Below are positions 42,515 through 51,015 of a stretch of 64,000 bases of DNA, piece by piece. Origin of the DNA: Candidatus Hydrogenedens sp. (GTDB lineage: Bacteria; Hydrogenedentota; Hydrogenedentia; Hydrogenedentales; Hydrogenedentaceae). Below the pieces are notes generated by a model. It had not been told where the DNA came from. It saw only the letters and a list, made by a program, of their open reading frames with translations, and did no database searches. A program made the position numbers and the translations under genes. Within the stretch, counting starts at the first letter, position 1, and every line of letters begins with the position of its first letter. Location: positions 1 to 64,000 of the forward strand of contig JBMFRC010000010.1 in NCBI GenBank assembly GCA_049968235.1. The letters are read 5' to 3'.

Positions 42515-43663
42515 ATGAAAGATATAAAAGAAAAATTAAAGATTGGTATTAGTTGTCATACCTCTACAGGAGGTAGTGGGATTGTAGCAACGGAACTGGG
42601 TTTAGCACTTTCTTCACGAGGACATGAAGTTCATTTTGTAGCAGATAACATTCCGTTCCGATTGAGGGATAATATTGAGAATGTTTTTTGTCATATTGTC
42701 GAACCTGTAAATTATCCTGTATTAAATCAGCCTCCTTATTATCTGGCTATGGCATCACGAATTGCAGAAGTCGTAGAAGAACATAATATCCAGATATGGC
42801 ATGCTCATTACGCAATACCTCATGCAAGTATTGCCTTACTTGCAAAAGAAATGTTACCGCCAGAGTTAAAATTCTGCCTTATAACTACTCTTCATGGCAC
42901 AGATATAACGATTGTAGGAGCAGACCCGTCATTGTATCGAATAACAAAATATGCAATGGAACATAGCTGTGCAATAACTGCGGTATCTAATTGGTTAAAA
43001 TATGAAACGGAGCGGGAATTTCAATTATCTAAACCTGTTCATACAATACACAACTTTATAGACCCTTCCCGTTTTCATACAAAAAATAAGGTGCGTATTC
43101 CTTTTATGGAGAAAAATAAAAAAGTAGTTATGCATATTTCTAATTTCAGAGCGGTCAAAAGAGTCACCGATGTAATTCGTGTTTTTAAAAAGATTTCCGA
43201 TAAGATGGATGCTCAACTAATCATGGTTGGGGAAGGACCCGAAAAAGTCTCTTCCGTTGGGGTTGCAAGGCAATTAGGTATATTAAATAAGGTAAAATAT
43301 ATAGGTAATTATCATAATATTGAGGAACTTTTACCTCATGCTGATTTAGTATTACAACCCAGTGAGCATGAAAGTTTCGGAATGGTGGCATTAGAAGCCA
43401 TGGCATCGGGTGTTCCTGTTATCGCTACCAAAAGTGGTGGGATACAGGAATTAATTATTGATGGAGAAACAGGTTTTTTGTGTGAAGTAGGAGATATAGG
43501 AACTATGGCTGATTGGGCTATTCAAATTCTATTTGATAAAAAATTAAAGACAGAGATTGGAAAAAAGAGTAAAGAGAGAGTAAAAAAATATTTTAGTGTT
43601 GATAAAATAATACCTCAGTATGAAAAGTTATATATAGACACAATAAATAAATACAAAAGATAA
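42515..43663 (+). CDS. bshA: GT4 glycosyltransferase BshA-like (N-acetyl-alpha-D-glucosaminyl L-malate synthase)
   Basis: Blocks matching BshA as recalled: KIGISCHTSTGGSGIVATELG, RGHEVHFV, HAHYAIPHA, TTLHGTDIT, HISNFRAVKRV, ESFGMVALEAMA.GVP, GFLCEVGD. 382 aa. Confidence 0.75.
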   Translation: MKDIKEKLKIGISCHTSTGGSGIVATELGLALSSRGHEVHFVADNIPFRLRDNIENVFCHIVEPVNYPVLNQPPYYLAMASRIAEVVEEHNIQIWHAHYAIPHASIALLAKEMLPPELKFCLITTLHGTDITIVGADPSLYRITKYAMEHSCAITAVSNWLKYETEREFQLSKPVHTIHNFIDPSRFHTKNKVRIPFMEKNKKVVMHISNFRAVKRVTDVIRVFKKISDKMDAQLIMVGEGPEKVSSVGVARQLGILNKVKYIGNYHNIEELLPHADLVLQPSEHESFGMVALEAMASGVPVIATKSGGIQELIIDGETGFLCEVGDIGTMADWAIQILFDKKLKTEIGKKSKERVKKYFSVDKIIPQYEKLYIDTINKYKR

Positions 43664-43667
43664 TACT

Positions 43668-44579
43668 ATGGGAAACAAAAACATCATAAAAATTGGTATC
43701 TTTTACGACGGTAATTTCTTTTTTCATGTCAGCACCTATTATAGATATGTTCATCCACCGCGTAAGAGAATTTCTATTGATGGACTGCATGAGTTTATTC
43801 GCAATAGGGTTGCGGAATTTGAAAATACAGATAAGCGATATGTCCATATAGTAACTTCTCACTTTTTTAGAGGCAGATTATCGGCTAAAGATGCGGAACT
43901 CGAAGGTAAATTGTATTCTGAACGTGTTTTTGAAGATATATTAATGAGTGAAGGTGTTGTTACACATTATCTGCCTATAAAGACAAGAAGTGAGAAACGG
44001 CATGAAACGGGAATTGATGTATGGTTTGCATTAGAAGCCTATGAAGCGGTTGTGCATAAAGAATTGGATATAGTTGTGTTAATCACGGGAGATGCTGATT
44101 TTATTCCTTTGGTAAAAAAAGCACAGTCAGCAGGGGCAAAAGTTATGATTTTAGGATGGGATTTTAAATATACCGATGAAACAGGGATTGAACAGTCTAC
44201 ATTAACATCAATGGAACTTTTGAATGTCTCCACCTATCCTCTAAAAATGCATTTAATAATTGAGGAAGGATTGCAAAAAGATGCTCCTGAAATCCTAAGT
44301 CTATTTTTTGAACTAAAAGAAGAGACACAGAATAACCATGTGAAATCCTATATGAAAGGAAAAATTCACTCGTTGAAAGAAGGATATGGATTTATATCAT
44401 CCCCTGAATTTCCCAATAATGTTTTCTTCCATTATTCTGCTTTATCCAATCATAATTATCAAGATTTAAGCATCGGTCAGAATGTGGAATTTCTTATCCG
44501 GGAAACAGAAAAAGGAATCGTAGCACATCCTGTTATTGTAATTGATAATCCCTATAACGAGAATAATTCAATGAAGTAA
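43668..44579 (+). CDS. NYN (LabA-like) nuclease-domain protein fused to a C-terminal cold-shock (CSD/S1-like) domain
   Basis: N-terminal half: IKIGIFYDGNFFF...ETGIDVWFALEA...VVLITGDADFIPLVKKAQSAGAKVMILG carries the conserved Asp residues of NYN/LabA. C-terminal roughly 70 aa: GKIHSLKEGYGFISSP...NVFFHYSAL...LSIGQNVEF resembles the cold-shock domain fold (GFGFI...VFVH). The gene starts 5 nt after the bshA stop. Confidence 0.55.
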   Translation: MGNKNIIKIGIFYDGNFFFHVSTYYRYVHPPRKRISIDGLHEFIRNRVAEFENTDKRYVHIVTSHFFRGRLSAKDAELEGKLYSERVFEDILMSEGVVTHYLPIKTRSEKRHETGIDVWFALEAYEAVVHKELDIVVLITGDADFIPLVKKAQSAGAKVMILGWDFKYTDETGIEQSTLTSMELLNVSTYPLKMHLIIEEGLQKDAPEILSLFFELKEETQNNHVKSYMKGKIHSLKEGYGFISSPEFPNNVFFHYSALSNHNYQDLSIGQNVEFLIRETEKGIVAHPVIVIDNPYNENNSMK

Positions 44580-44581
44580 TT

Positions 44582-45649
44582 TTATTTTTCTTTTTCAAGT
44601 TCATCCTGCCAGGGAAGTTCTTCTATTTTCTCTATTTGTGTCCCTTTTACAGGATGCCATCTTTTGTTGTTGGGAGTAACCGATACCCATTCATACTCAC
44701 CTGTGCCCGGATATAATGAATACAGTTTTCCACCTTTTGGCACATAATCAGAGCCATACCCACCTTTTCCTGTTGCTCTTCCGTAAATTAAATCTACCCC
44801 CTCAATGATGCCTGAATAATCATTTACATGGTCGTGTCCGCAAATACATGCTTTTAGTCCCGGGATTTTCTTTATAAATGCTAACGATTCACCTTGTTCT
44901 TTTTCGTAACATACATTTTCAAATTTAACACCTGATGCTATTTTATTTTCCCATATAGTATGGTATTGATATATAGGGATATGACAAGCCATAAATGTTG
45001 GAATAACATTTATATTTTCTTTGCACCATTGGTCAATCCATTGTCTTTGTTCATTCATTAATCCATATTTGTTGCTATTTAAGCAGACAAATCTCCACAA
45101 TTTTTGATTGGATTCGTTTTCAATTATCACTTGGTAATTGCCTTCATTTATTCCACCTCGATACATAGAGTTTTTAGCGGAGGCTAATATATCATGTCCT
45201 TTGCTGTAATCTGATAACATATCATGATTGCCCCATGTATAAAACCAGGAAATGTTCAAAGAACCAAAAAATTCTACTGCTTCCTCTAAATACATTAAAC
45301 CTCTTCCAAAAGCATTTTCATTCCAGACATCGCCAGTTATTGCTAATAGATGGGGTTGTGTAAGGTCTAATAATTTCTTAATAATATCTCGAGTTGTATT
45401 ATCCACATTCTTATCTCTACGATAAGGATTAAAATGTATGTCTGTTATTTGTAATAATTGTATCGATTTTGGATTCCCCTGTATTTTCAATGTGTAAGAA
45501 TCTTCTTTAACAGTTTCTGATTTTTGCATTCCAACGAGGATTTTCAGCTCTTTTTTCTTAGCCCATACTCTTTTCATATTTAAGACTGTAAATGTTCCAA
45601 CTAAACTGGAAGCAATAAAAAATCTTCGTGTAATTTTTTCATTCTTCAT
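44582..45649 (-). CDS. Tat-secreted calcineurin-like metallophosphoesterase
   Basis: Twin-arginine motif TRRFFIASSL at the N-terminus. Metallophosphoesterase motifs (ITDIH, GDVWNE, GNHD, GHDH). 355 aa. Confidence 0.65.
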   Translation of the reverse strand: MKNEKITRRFFIASSLVGTFTVLNMKRVWAKKKELKILVGMQKSETVKEDSYTLKIQGNPKSIQLLQITDIHFNPYRRDKNVDNTTRDIIKKLLDLTQPHLLAITGDVWNENAFGRGLMYLEEAVEFFGSLNISWFYTWGNHDMLSDYSKGHDILASAKNSMYRGGINEGNYQVIIENESNQKLWRFVCLNSNKYGLMNEQRQWIDQWCKENINVIPTFMACHIPIYQYHTIWENKIASGVKFENVCYEKEQGESLAFIKKIPGLKACICGHDHVNDYSGIIEGVDLIYGRATGKGGYGSDYVPKGGKLYSLYPGTGEYEWVSVTPNNKRWHPVKGTQIEKIEELPWQDELEKEK

Positions 45650-45722
45650 ATTAGTCTCCTTCTATTGTTTTTGTTTTTTTATAATATATGAAAATCTACC
45701 AAGAATAAAACCGGATATTTAT

Positions 45723-46580
45723 ATGAAACAAATTTTTTTACCTATAAATTCTTTAATAAGACTATCTATATATGATTTTGGTGTTAAAGGACCACCTATA
45801 ATTTTTTGCCATTTTACAGGCGGGCTGGGAAAATTATGGAAAAATGTTATTACCCCTTTAAGAAATAATTATCATTGTTTTGCCTTCGATGCGAGGGGGC
45901 ATGGGGATTCTTCCAAACCTTTAGAAATGAAATATTATGACTGGAATGAGCATCTCTCTGATTTAATTGCTGTGGTTAAATATATAAAAAAATTATCAAA
46001 TTCAGATTGTATATTTGGTGTTGGGCATTCATTCGGTTCTGCCTGTTTATCTCAGGCTGTTATTAAAACTAAGAAATATATTTCATGGAAAAAAATTATC
46101 CTTATAGAACCTATTTTAGGTCCTGATACATTTGATTTTAGAAAATCTAAAATGTCTGAAATTGCACAAAAAAGACGCGGATATTTTGAATCGGAAAAAC
46201 AAATTGATACAATATTGCGGAATAAACAACCTTATAGGAATTGGGATATTGAGTCATGGAATATATTTAAAGAATGTGGCTTTACAACTAATGCGAGTGG
46301 AAAATATTATTTAAAGTGTACTCCTGAAATAGAATCCTATCAATATCTTTATGGTAATCCTTTGGGCTGGTTTGAACAATTAAAAAAAATAGATATTCCT
46401 GTTCTTTTAATTTATGGTAAAAATAGTGAGCTGTTACCTTTGGGTATCTACCAGTTAGAACAAATAAAAAATTCTTATTTAATGAAAATTCCGGAAGTCG
46501 GTCACTTTTTCCCACAAGAAAAACCTTCATTCCTTGCTAATATAATAAAAAATTGGTTTTCCTTTGAAAATAATTGTTGA
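45723..46580 (+). CDS. Alpha/beta-fold hydrolase
   Basis: Nucleophile elbow GVGHSFGS, HG oxyanion motif (CHFTGG), and a C-terminal His (VGHFFPQEKP). 285 aa. Confidence 0.65.
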   Translation: MKQIFLPINSLIRLSIYDFGVKGPPIIFCHFTGGLGKLWKNVITPLRNNYHCFAFDARGHGDSSKPLEMKYYDWNEHLSDLIAVVKYIKKLSNSDCIFGVGHSFGSACLSQAVIKTKKYISWKKIILIEPILGPDTFDFRKSKMSEIAQKRRGYFESEKQIDTILRNKQPYRNWDIESWNIFKECGFTTNASGKYYLKCTPEIESYQYLYGNPLGWFEQLKKIDIPVLLIYGKNSELLPLGIYQLEQIKNSYLMKIPEVGHFFPQEKPSFLANIIKNWFSFENNC

Positions 46581-46634
46581 TATTAGTATTAATTTTGATA
46601 TAATAACAAAAAAAAAACAATAAAGGGTAATGCT

Positions 46635-47201
46635 ATGCAAAAGTTAATTTATTTACAACCAAATATTTTTATTATTTTAATCCTTGTTTCTGTCTTCTCT
46701 CTCCGAGTTTTTTCTGATGAAACATGTGAGACAAAAAGTAGTGGTTTGAAAATAAGATTGGAATTGGGTTCATCTTTCAGGATTGCTCATGATAGTAATG
46801 ATATTGATGGTTATTTAATTTCTTCTTTTGTTGATATCGGTAAAGAACTCTCCCCTCGAACAAATTTATCTTTAAGACTATTACCTGTTTTCGGTTATAT
46901 TCAGGAAAAAAATATGGAAGATATAATAGGGTTTGGAATTGGCGGTGCTTTAAGAATTTATTTTAAAAAGAATCAGGAAAAAGGATTTTTTACAGAGATA
47001 CATGAAATTGTTTGTTTGCATGAAAACAAATTTGAAGGAAATGATTCTAATGTTAATTTCTATTCGGCAATCGGCATTGGTTATCAATTCTGCCCTAACT
47101 GGGATATGTTATTAAGATTTGGTCATATTTCGAATGCGGGGATAAAAGACGAAAATGAAGGAACAAATCTTTTAGGTTTTGGCGTGGGATATACATTTTA
47201 G
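46635..47201 (+). CDS. Small outer-membrane beta-barrel protein, PagL-like (putative lipid A deacylase family)
   Basis: Signal peptide, alternating hydrophobic beta-strand pattern, and a C-terminal aromatic residue (GVGYTF). The His-x-Ser...Glu arrangement near the C-terminus (FGHISNAG...DENEG) recalls the PagL catalytic triad spacing. 188 aa. Confidence 0.4.
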   Translation: MQKLIYLQPNIFIILILVSVFSLRVFSDETCETKSSGLKIRLELGSSFRIAHDSNDIDGYLISSFVDIGKELSPRTNLSLRLLPVFGYIQEKNMEDIIGFGIGGALRIYFKKNQEKGFFTEIHEIVCLHENKFEGNDSNVNFYSAIGIGYQFCPNWDMLLRFGHISNAGIKDENEGTNLLGFGVGYTF

Positions 47202-47202
47202 A

Positions 47203-47577
47203 TTAATCATGAGTACTTAAAGGCTGAAAGTTAGTTATAAATTCATTTATCATGTTTAAACTATGGGTATAGGGAAAAACTCCTGAGTAAATAATTCGTT
47301 TTTCTATGTTGATTTTATTTTTTTCATTTTCTATTAGGACATAGATGGGCAATTCATAAGGTATATGGGAAAAATATCTTATTTCAAAGACTTCATCATT
47401 GGATAATTTTTGTGATTCTTTATAATCTATAAATATGATGTCATAATTTTCATGGAATATCTGTTCTTTTGCGAAATCTATATTACTTAAATGAGTAATC
47501 TCATGCCCCAATGCTTCTAATTCACTAACAATGGGGGCAGCTAAAATGCTATCACTTATAATTAATATTTTCAACAT
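47203..47577 (-). CDS. Stand-alone CheY-like receiver-fold protein with degenerate acidic pocket (pseudo-receiver?)
   Basis: The KILIISDSIL opening has Ser in place of the second acidic-pocket Asp. DIIFIDY sits at the phospho-acceptor position. 124 aa with no output domain. Confidence 0.35.
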   Translation of the reverse strand: MLKILIISDSILAAPIVSELEALGHEITHLSNIDFAKEQIFHENYDIIFIDYKESQKLSNDEVFEIRYFSHIPYELPIYVLIENEKNKINIEKRIIYSGVFPYTHSLNMINEFITNFQPLSTHD

Positions 47578-47701
47578 GTTTTTGAAATTTTCTTTTACTC
47601 TTATTATACATTAGAAAATTAAAAATATAACATTGTTGACAATTCATGAAATTAAAATATAAAATATATTTAATTAAATAATTGACATAAGGACTTTTAA
47701 C

Positions 47702-48430
47702 ATGAGTAGTAACAGAAAAAAGATAGTATTTGTGATTTTTATTCTTCTATTTGTTCCTATATATTTATATGGACAACAAGACAAACCCGAAAATAATTCT
47801 AAAGCAGAGACACCTCCTTCGGCAACATTAGAAAAAGAAGAAGGAAACCAACCAGCACCCGAAAGTGAAATAGTTTTACCCGGCGATATTATTTATTTTA
47901 AATCAGGAAAAAAAATGAGCGGTATACAGGTACTTCGTGAACTTCCTGATAAAATTGAAGTTCAAGTAAGTGAAAATGCAGAACCGTTATTATTGCCAAG
48001 ACGATTAATAAAATCTATTGAATACGACAATATAGACCCTCTAAAAAATAAGATACAAAAAGATATTTTATCTTCTCAAAAACAGGATGAAAATGTAATT
48101 CCGGGCGAAGAACTATCTAAAGAGTTTAATCAAAAAATGAGAACTCCTCTTTCGGATAGTGTTATATCATATAAGGATGAGGGGTTGCTGAAAATTCTTG
48201 GTGAGTTGACGCAAAAAGTTGGAGTTACTCTTGAAATTGATGAGTCAATAAGGACTATACCCCCCGAAGAGAGAAAAAAGAGTTTTGATATACCAGCTGG
48301 AACATCACTTTATAAATTTTTACAAACAGATTTTTCAATGGCATGTCCTAATATCCAAATTACATATAAATACGACAAAATATTTATTTCTTTGAAAAGT
48401 CCTGGAACAAATAGCAATAATTCTCAATAA
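47702..48430 (+). CDS. Secreted hypothetical protein with C-terminal STN/secretin-N-like segment
   Basis: Signal peptide, then a low-complexity linker. The C-terminal roughly 90 aa (ISYKDEGLLKILGELTQKVGVTLEIDESI...FDIPAGTSLYKFLQ) resembles the short secretin/TonB N-terminal (STN) fold. Assignment is weak. Confidence 0.3.
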   Translation: MSSNRKKIVFVIFILLFVPIYLYGQQDKPENNSKAETPPSATLEKEEGNQPAPESEIVLPGDIIYFKSGKKMSGIQVLRELPDKIEVQVSENAEPLLLPRRLIKSIEYDNIDPLKNKIQKDILSSQKQDENVIPGEELSKEFNQKMRTPLSDSVISYKDEGLLKILGELTQKVGVTLEIDESIRTIPPEERKKSFDIPAGTSLYKFLQTDFSMACPNIQITYKYDKIFISLKSPGTNSNNSQ

Positions 48431-48445
48431 ATTCTCTTCTAATAT

Positions 48446-49633
48446 TTATTTTCTTAATATTACTATGCTTTCGATATGTGGTGTGTGTGGAAACATATCA
48501 ATACCTATCACTTTTTGAATTGTCCAACCATTTTGATTTAGTTCTTTCAAATCTCTACACATAGTTACAGTTTCACAAGAAATATATACAATTTTATTTG
48601 ATTCTGCTTTTGTTAAATAAGGAATTAATTTTTTTGCACCTGTTCGCGGAGGGTCAAGTAAAATTGTGTCCCATTTTTCATTCAATAAATATTTATACAT
48701 TACCTTTTCATCCCCGATTACATATTTAAATGTTGAAAATTTATTTGCCATGTTTATAGCAATAGGGTCTATATCTATTCCAACGATATATTTTTCTTTG
48801 TCCAAATCTATTGTAAAGTTTCCGGTACCGCAATATAAATCCAATATTTTTTGGTCATTCTGGATAGTTTTTTGGACTTGATTTTTCAATATTTTGTTAA
48901 GTATAAGACTATTTTGAGAGAAACAACTATTTACGATAGGCATATTATCATATAGAAAGTAGTTTTTTGAAGTATTATTTATTATTATTTTATGGTAGTT
49001 ATAATCATTTTCATTATTATTTTCACATATAATTGGTGGGTATAATATATATTCATTTGTTTCTGGATTTATTGTTATACATATATCATTTTTTATATTT
49101 TTTTGTAATAACTTTCTTCTTACTGTTTCTATTGTCTTATTTGTTATTACACATTGTGATACATCGACTATTTGTTTTGTATGGAACTTATAAAATCCTA
49201 AATTCTTCCCGTCGCCATGATATATAACTCTTGTTCTATAATGATATTGATTATTTTGGTCATAGATTATTTCAACATTAACTTTTTCTCTTGTCAAGCT
49301 TCTTTCGATATTTTCTTTCAGCAATTGCTTTTTATACTCAATTTGTTTATGATAATCTAACATTCCCCACATACAGGCTCCGCAACTACCCATTTGGGGA
49401 CACAACTTTGTTTTTCTATATGGGGAATCTTTTATTATTCTTTCTATTTCTGCCCATACTAAGTTTTTTTGTTTTAGAATTGGCTTTATCAATAAGGTAT
49501 CACCGGGATATGCGAAAGGAATCAAGTGAACCAATCCTTCCAATCTTCCTAACCCATATCCCCCATTTACAACTTTTTCAATCTCTATTTCGAACAAATT
49601 ATTTTTTGCCATTATTTTTGCTCTTGAACCCAT
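48446..49633 (-). CDS. rlmD: 23S rRNA (uracil-C5)-methyltransferase RlmD/RumA family, with internal low-complexity insertion
   Basis: TRAM-like N-terminus. Fe-S Cys cluster (CPQMGSCGACMW...C). C-terminal MTase motifs DLYCGTGNF and DPPRTG, plus the catalytic Cys region YISCE. An Asn/Ile-rich insertion of about 60 aa separates the domains. Confidence 0.75.
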   Translation of the reverse strand: MGSRAKIMAKNNLFEIEIEKVVNGGYGLGRLEGLVHLIPFAYPGDTLLIKPILKQKNLVWAEIERIIKDSPYRKTKLCPQMGSCGACMWGMLDYHKQIEYKKQLLKENIERSLTREKVNVEIIYDQNNQYHYRTRVIYHGDGKNLGFYKFHTKQIVDVSQCVITNKTIETVRRKLLQKNIKNDICITINPETNEYILYPPIICENNNENDYNYHKIIINNTSKNYFLYDNMPIVNSCFSQNSLILNKILKNQVQKTIQNDQKILDLYCGTGNFTIDLDKEKYIVGIDIDPIAINMANKFSTFKYVIGDEKVMYKYLLNEKWDTILLDPPRTGAKKLIPYLTKAESNKIVYISCETVTMCRDLKELNQNGWTIQKVIGIDMFPHTPHIESIVILRK

Positions 49634-50325
49634 TTTTCATATTTCTTGTGAGTATCGATGATTTTATAATGTAATGTTAAAATTTCGTTTTCATCATAAC
49701 AATCTAATGGACAAATGTATATTTGAGGTAATTTCATTATGGGTTTACTTTTGCAATTATCTTTTTTTTGTATTTTCATATATAAGGAATGTATTCCCAT
49801 AGTATTTAAATATCTAATATCTAAATCCATCCCATATTCGTTATAAAAGAGAAGGGTATTCCTTTTATCGGTTTGAATATAAGATAATTCCTTATTATTA
49901 ATACCGATTTCTTTTATTTCTATATTTTTTATTTCTTTATTAAAATTAAAATAGAAAGGAACAAGTTCAACATCTTCTGACAAAGGGTTGTTTGTTAAAA
50001 ATTCACCTTTGATAAATAGAGCGGGAAAGTTATTTAAGCCATAGTAACGGATTTTCAATCGGTTTTGTTCAAAATAAAGTATTTGTAATATTCCATAGGA
50101 TTTTTCATCATAATCCTCCGAAAAGTCTAAGTCTGTAATTTCATAATTTATTTTTTCCCCATTTTCTTTCAGAAATGAGATATTGATTTCACTTTTTCCA
50201 ACCCATTCAAAATTATCCGGTAAAGATTTTATAGATTCAAGAGTACCTGATATTACAGACCATGAAATCTTTATTTTTGATGTAATTACTTCTGCTTTTA
50301 TTCTATCGACACAAGATAAAAACAT
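49612..50325 (-). CDS. Hypothetical protein (237 aa), no recognisable domain
   Basis: A long ORF co-directional with, and overlapping, the rlmD start by 22 nt. No motif identified by eye. Confidence 0.3.
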   Translation of the reverse strand: MFLSCVDRIKAEVITSKIKISWSVISGTLESIKSLPDNFEWVGKSEINISFLKENGEKINYEITDLDFSEDYDEKSYGILQILYFEQNRLKIRYYGLNNFPALFIKGEFLTNNPLSEDVELVPFYFNFNKEIKNIEIKEIGINNKELSYIQTDKRNTLLFYNEYGMDLDIRYLNTMGIHSLYMKIQKKDNCKSKPIMKLPQIYICPLDCYDENEILTLHYKIIDTHKKYEKWVQEQK

Positions 50326-50337
50326 AGTTATATGATA

Positions 50338-50946
50338 TTACACCATTAAATCAATTATAAGTCCTGCGGGATTATCCAGGGAATTCAATAGACCTTGCAC
50401 AGCATTATTATTTATGGGGTGATCTATTTCAATATTGTTCTGTTCTTGCTTTAATTTTTGTATTTTTTTTAATTCATTTTCAATTTCTTTTAATCGTTTT
50501 TCAATAACTCTTTTTTCTTCTCCTTCTGCATTTTTTAACTTTATTTTTAAGATTTTTTGTTCTGCTTTAAGTAAATTTTCTTTTATTTTTATTGCGTTGC
50601 TCGTTTTTTCTTGGTTTGTATTTATTTTTTGTTCTTCATTTGTTAAATTCAGATTTTTATTTTTTTCTTCATTCTTTTTTTCTCTTGTAACAATAGTTGT
50701 GGTTCCTCCAACCATTGTGAGGAAAGAGCCATTTTTTCTCAATTTATACTCTGTATTTAAAAATACTACTTCTTTTCCCTCTATAAGTGCTTCTGCTTTT
50801 AATCTTTGTCTATTTCGTGCTTCTTGAGAAAAAACGGTAAAGGCACTCAGTGAAGCAGGAGTTGGAGGAGCCACACCGGGTTCTCCAGGGTCTAACCTAT
50901 AGAATGTTAATGGATTATTTACAATATTTGTATTTAGGACATTCAT
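50338..50946 (-). CDS. Hypothetical protein with N-terminal globular region and long Lys/Glu-rich coiled-coil
   Basis: 202 aa. The central segment KKNEEKNKNLNLTNEEQKINTNQEK...KRLKEIENELKKIQKLKQEQ is a heptad-like charged repeat. No TM helix. Confidence 0.3.
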   Translation of the reverse strand: MNVLNTNIVNNPLTFYRLDPGEPGVAPPTPASLSAFTVFSQEARNRQRLKAEALIEGKEVVFLNTEYKLRKNGSFLTMVGGTTTIVTREKKNEEKNKNLNLTNEEQKINTNQEKTSNAIKIKENLLKAEQKILKIKLKNAEGEEKRVIEKRLKEIENELKKIQKLKQEQNNIEIDHPINNNAVQGLLNSLDNPAGLIIDLMV

Positions 50947-51015
50947 AATATTTTATATCGTTTTTTTACTACATCATAATTATAACAAAAAAGATTATCC
51001 CTAATTGGTTAATTT

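Noticed and set aside
50435-50827. 130 aa Phe/Ser-rich plus-strand ORF
   Set aside because: It is a low-complexity mirror of the Lys/Glu-rich coiled-coil gene on the minus strand (AAA/GAA codons read antisense as TTT/TTC), so a shadow ORF.
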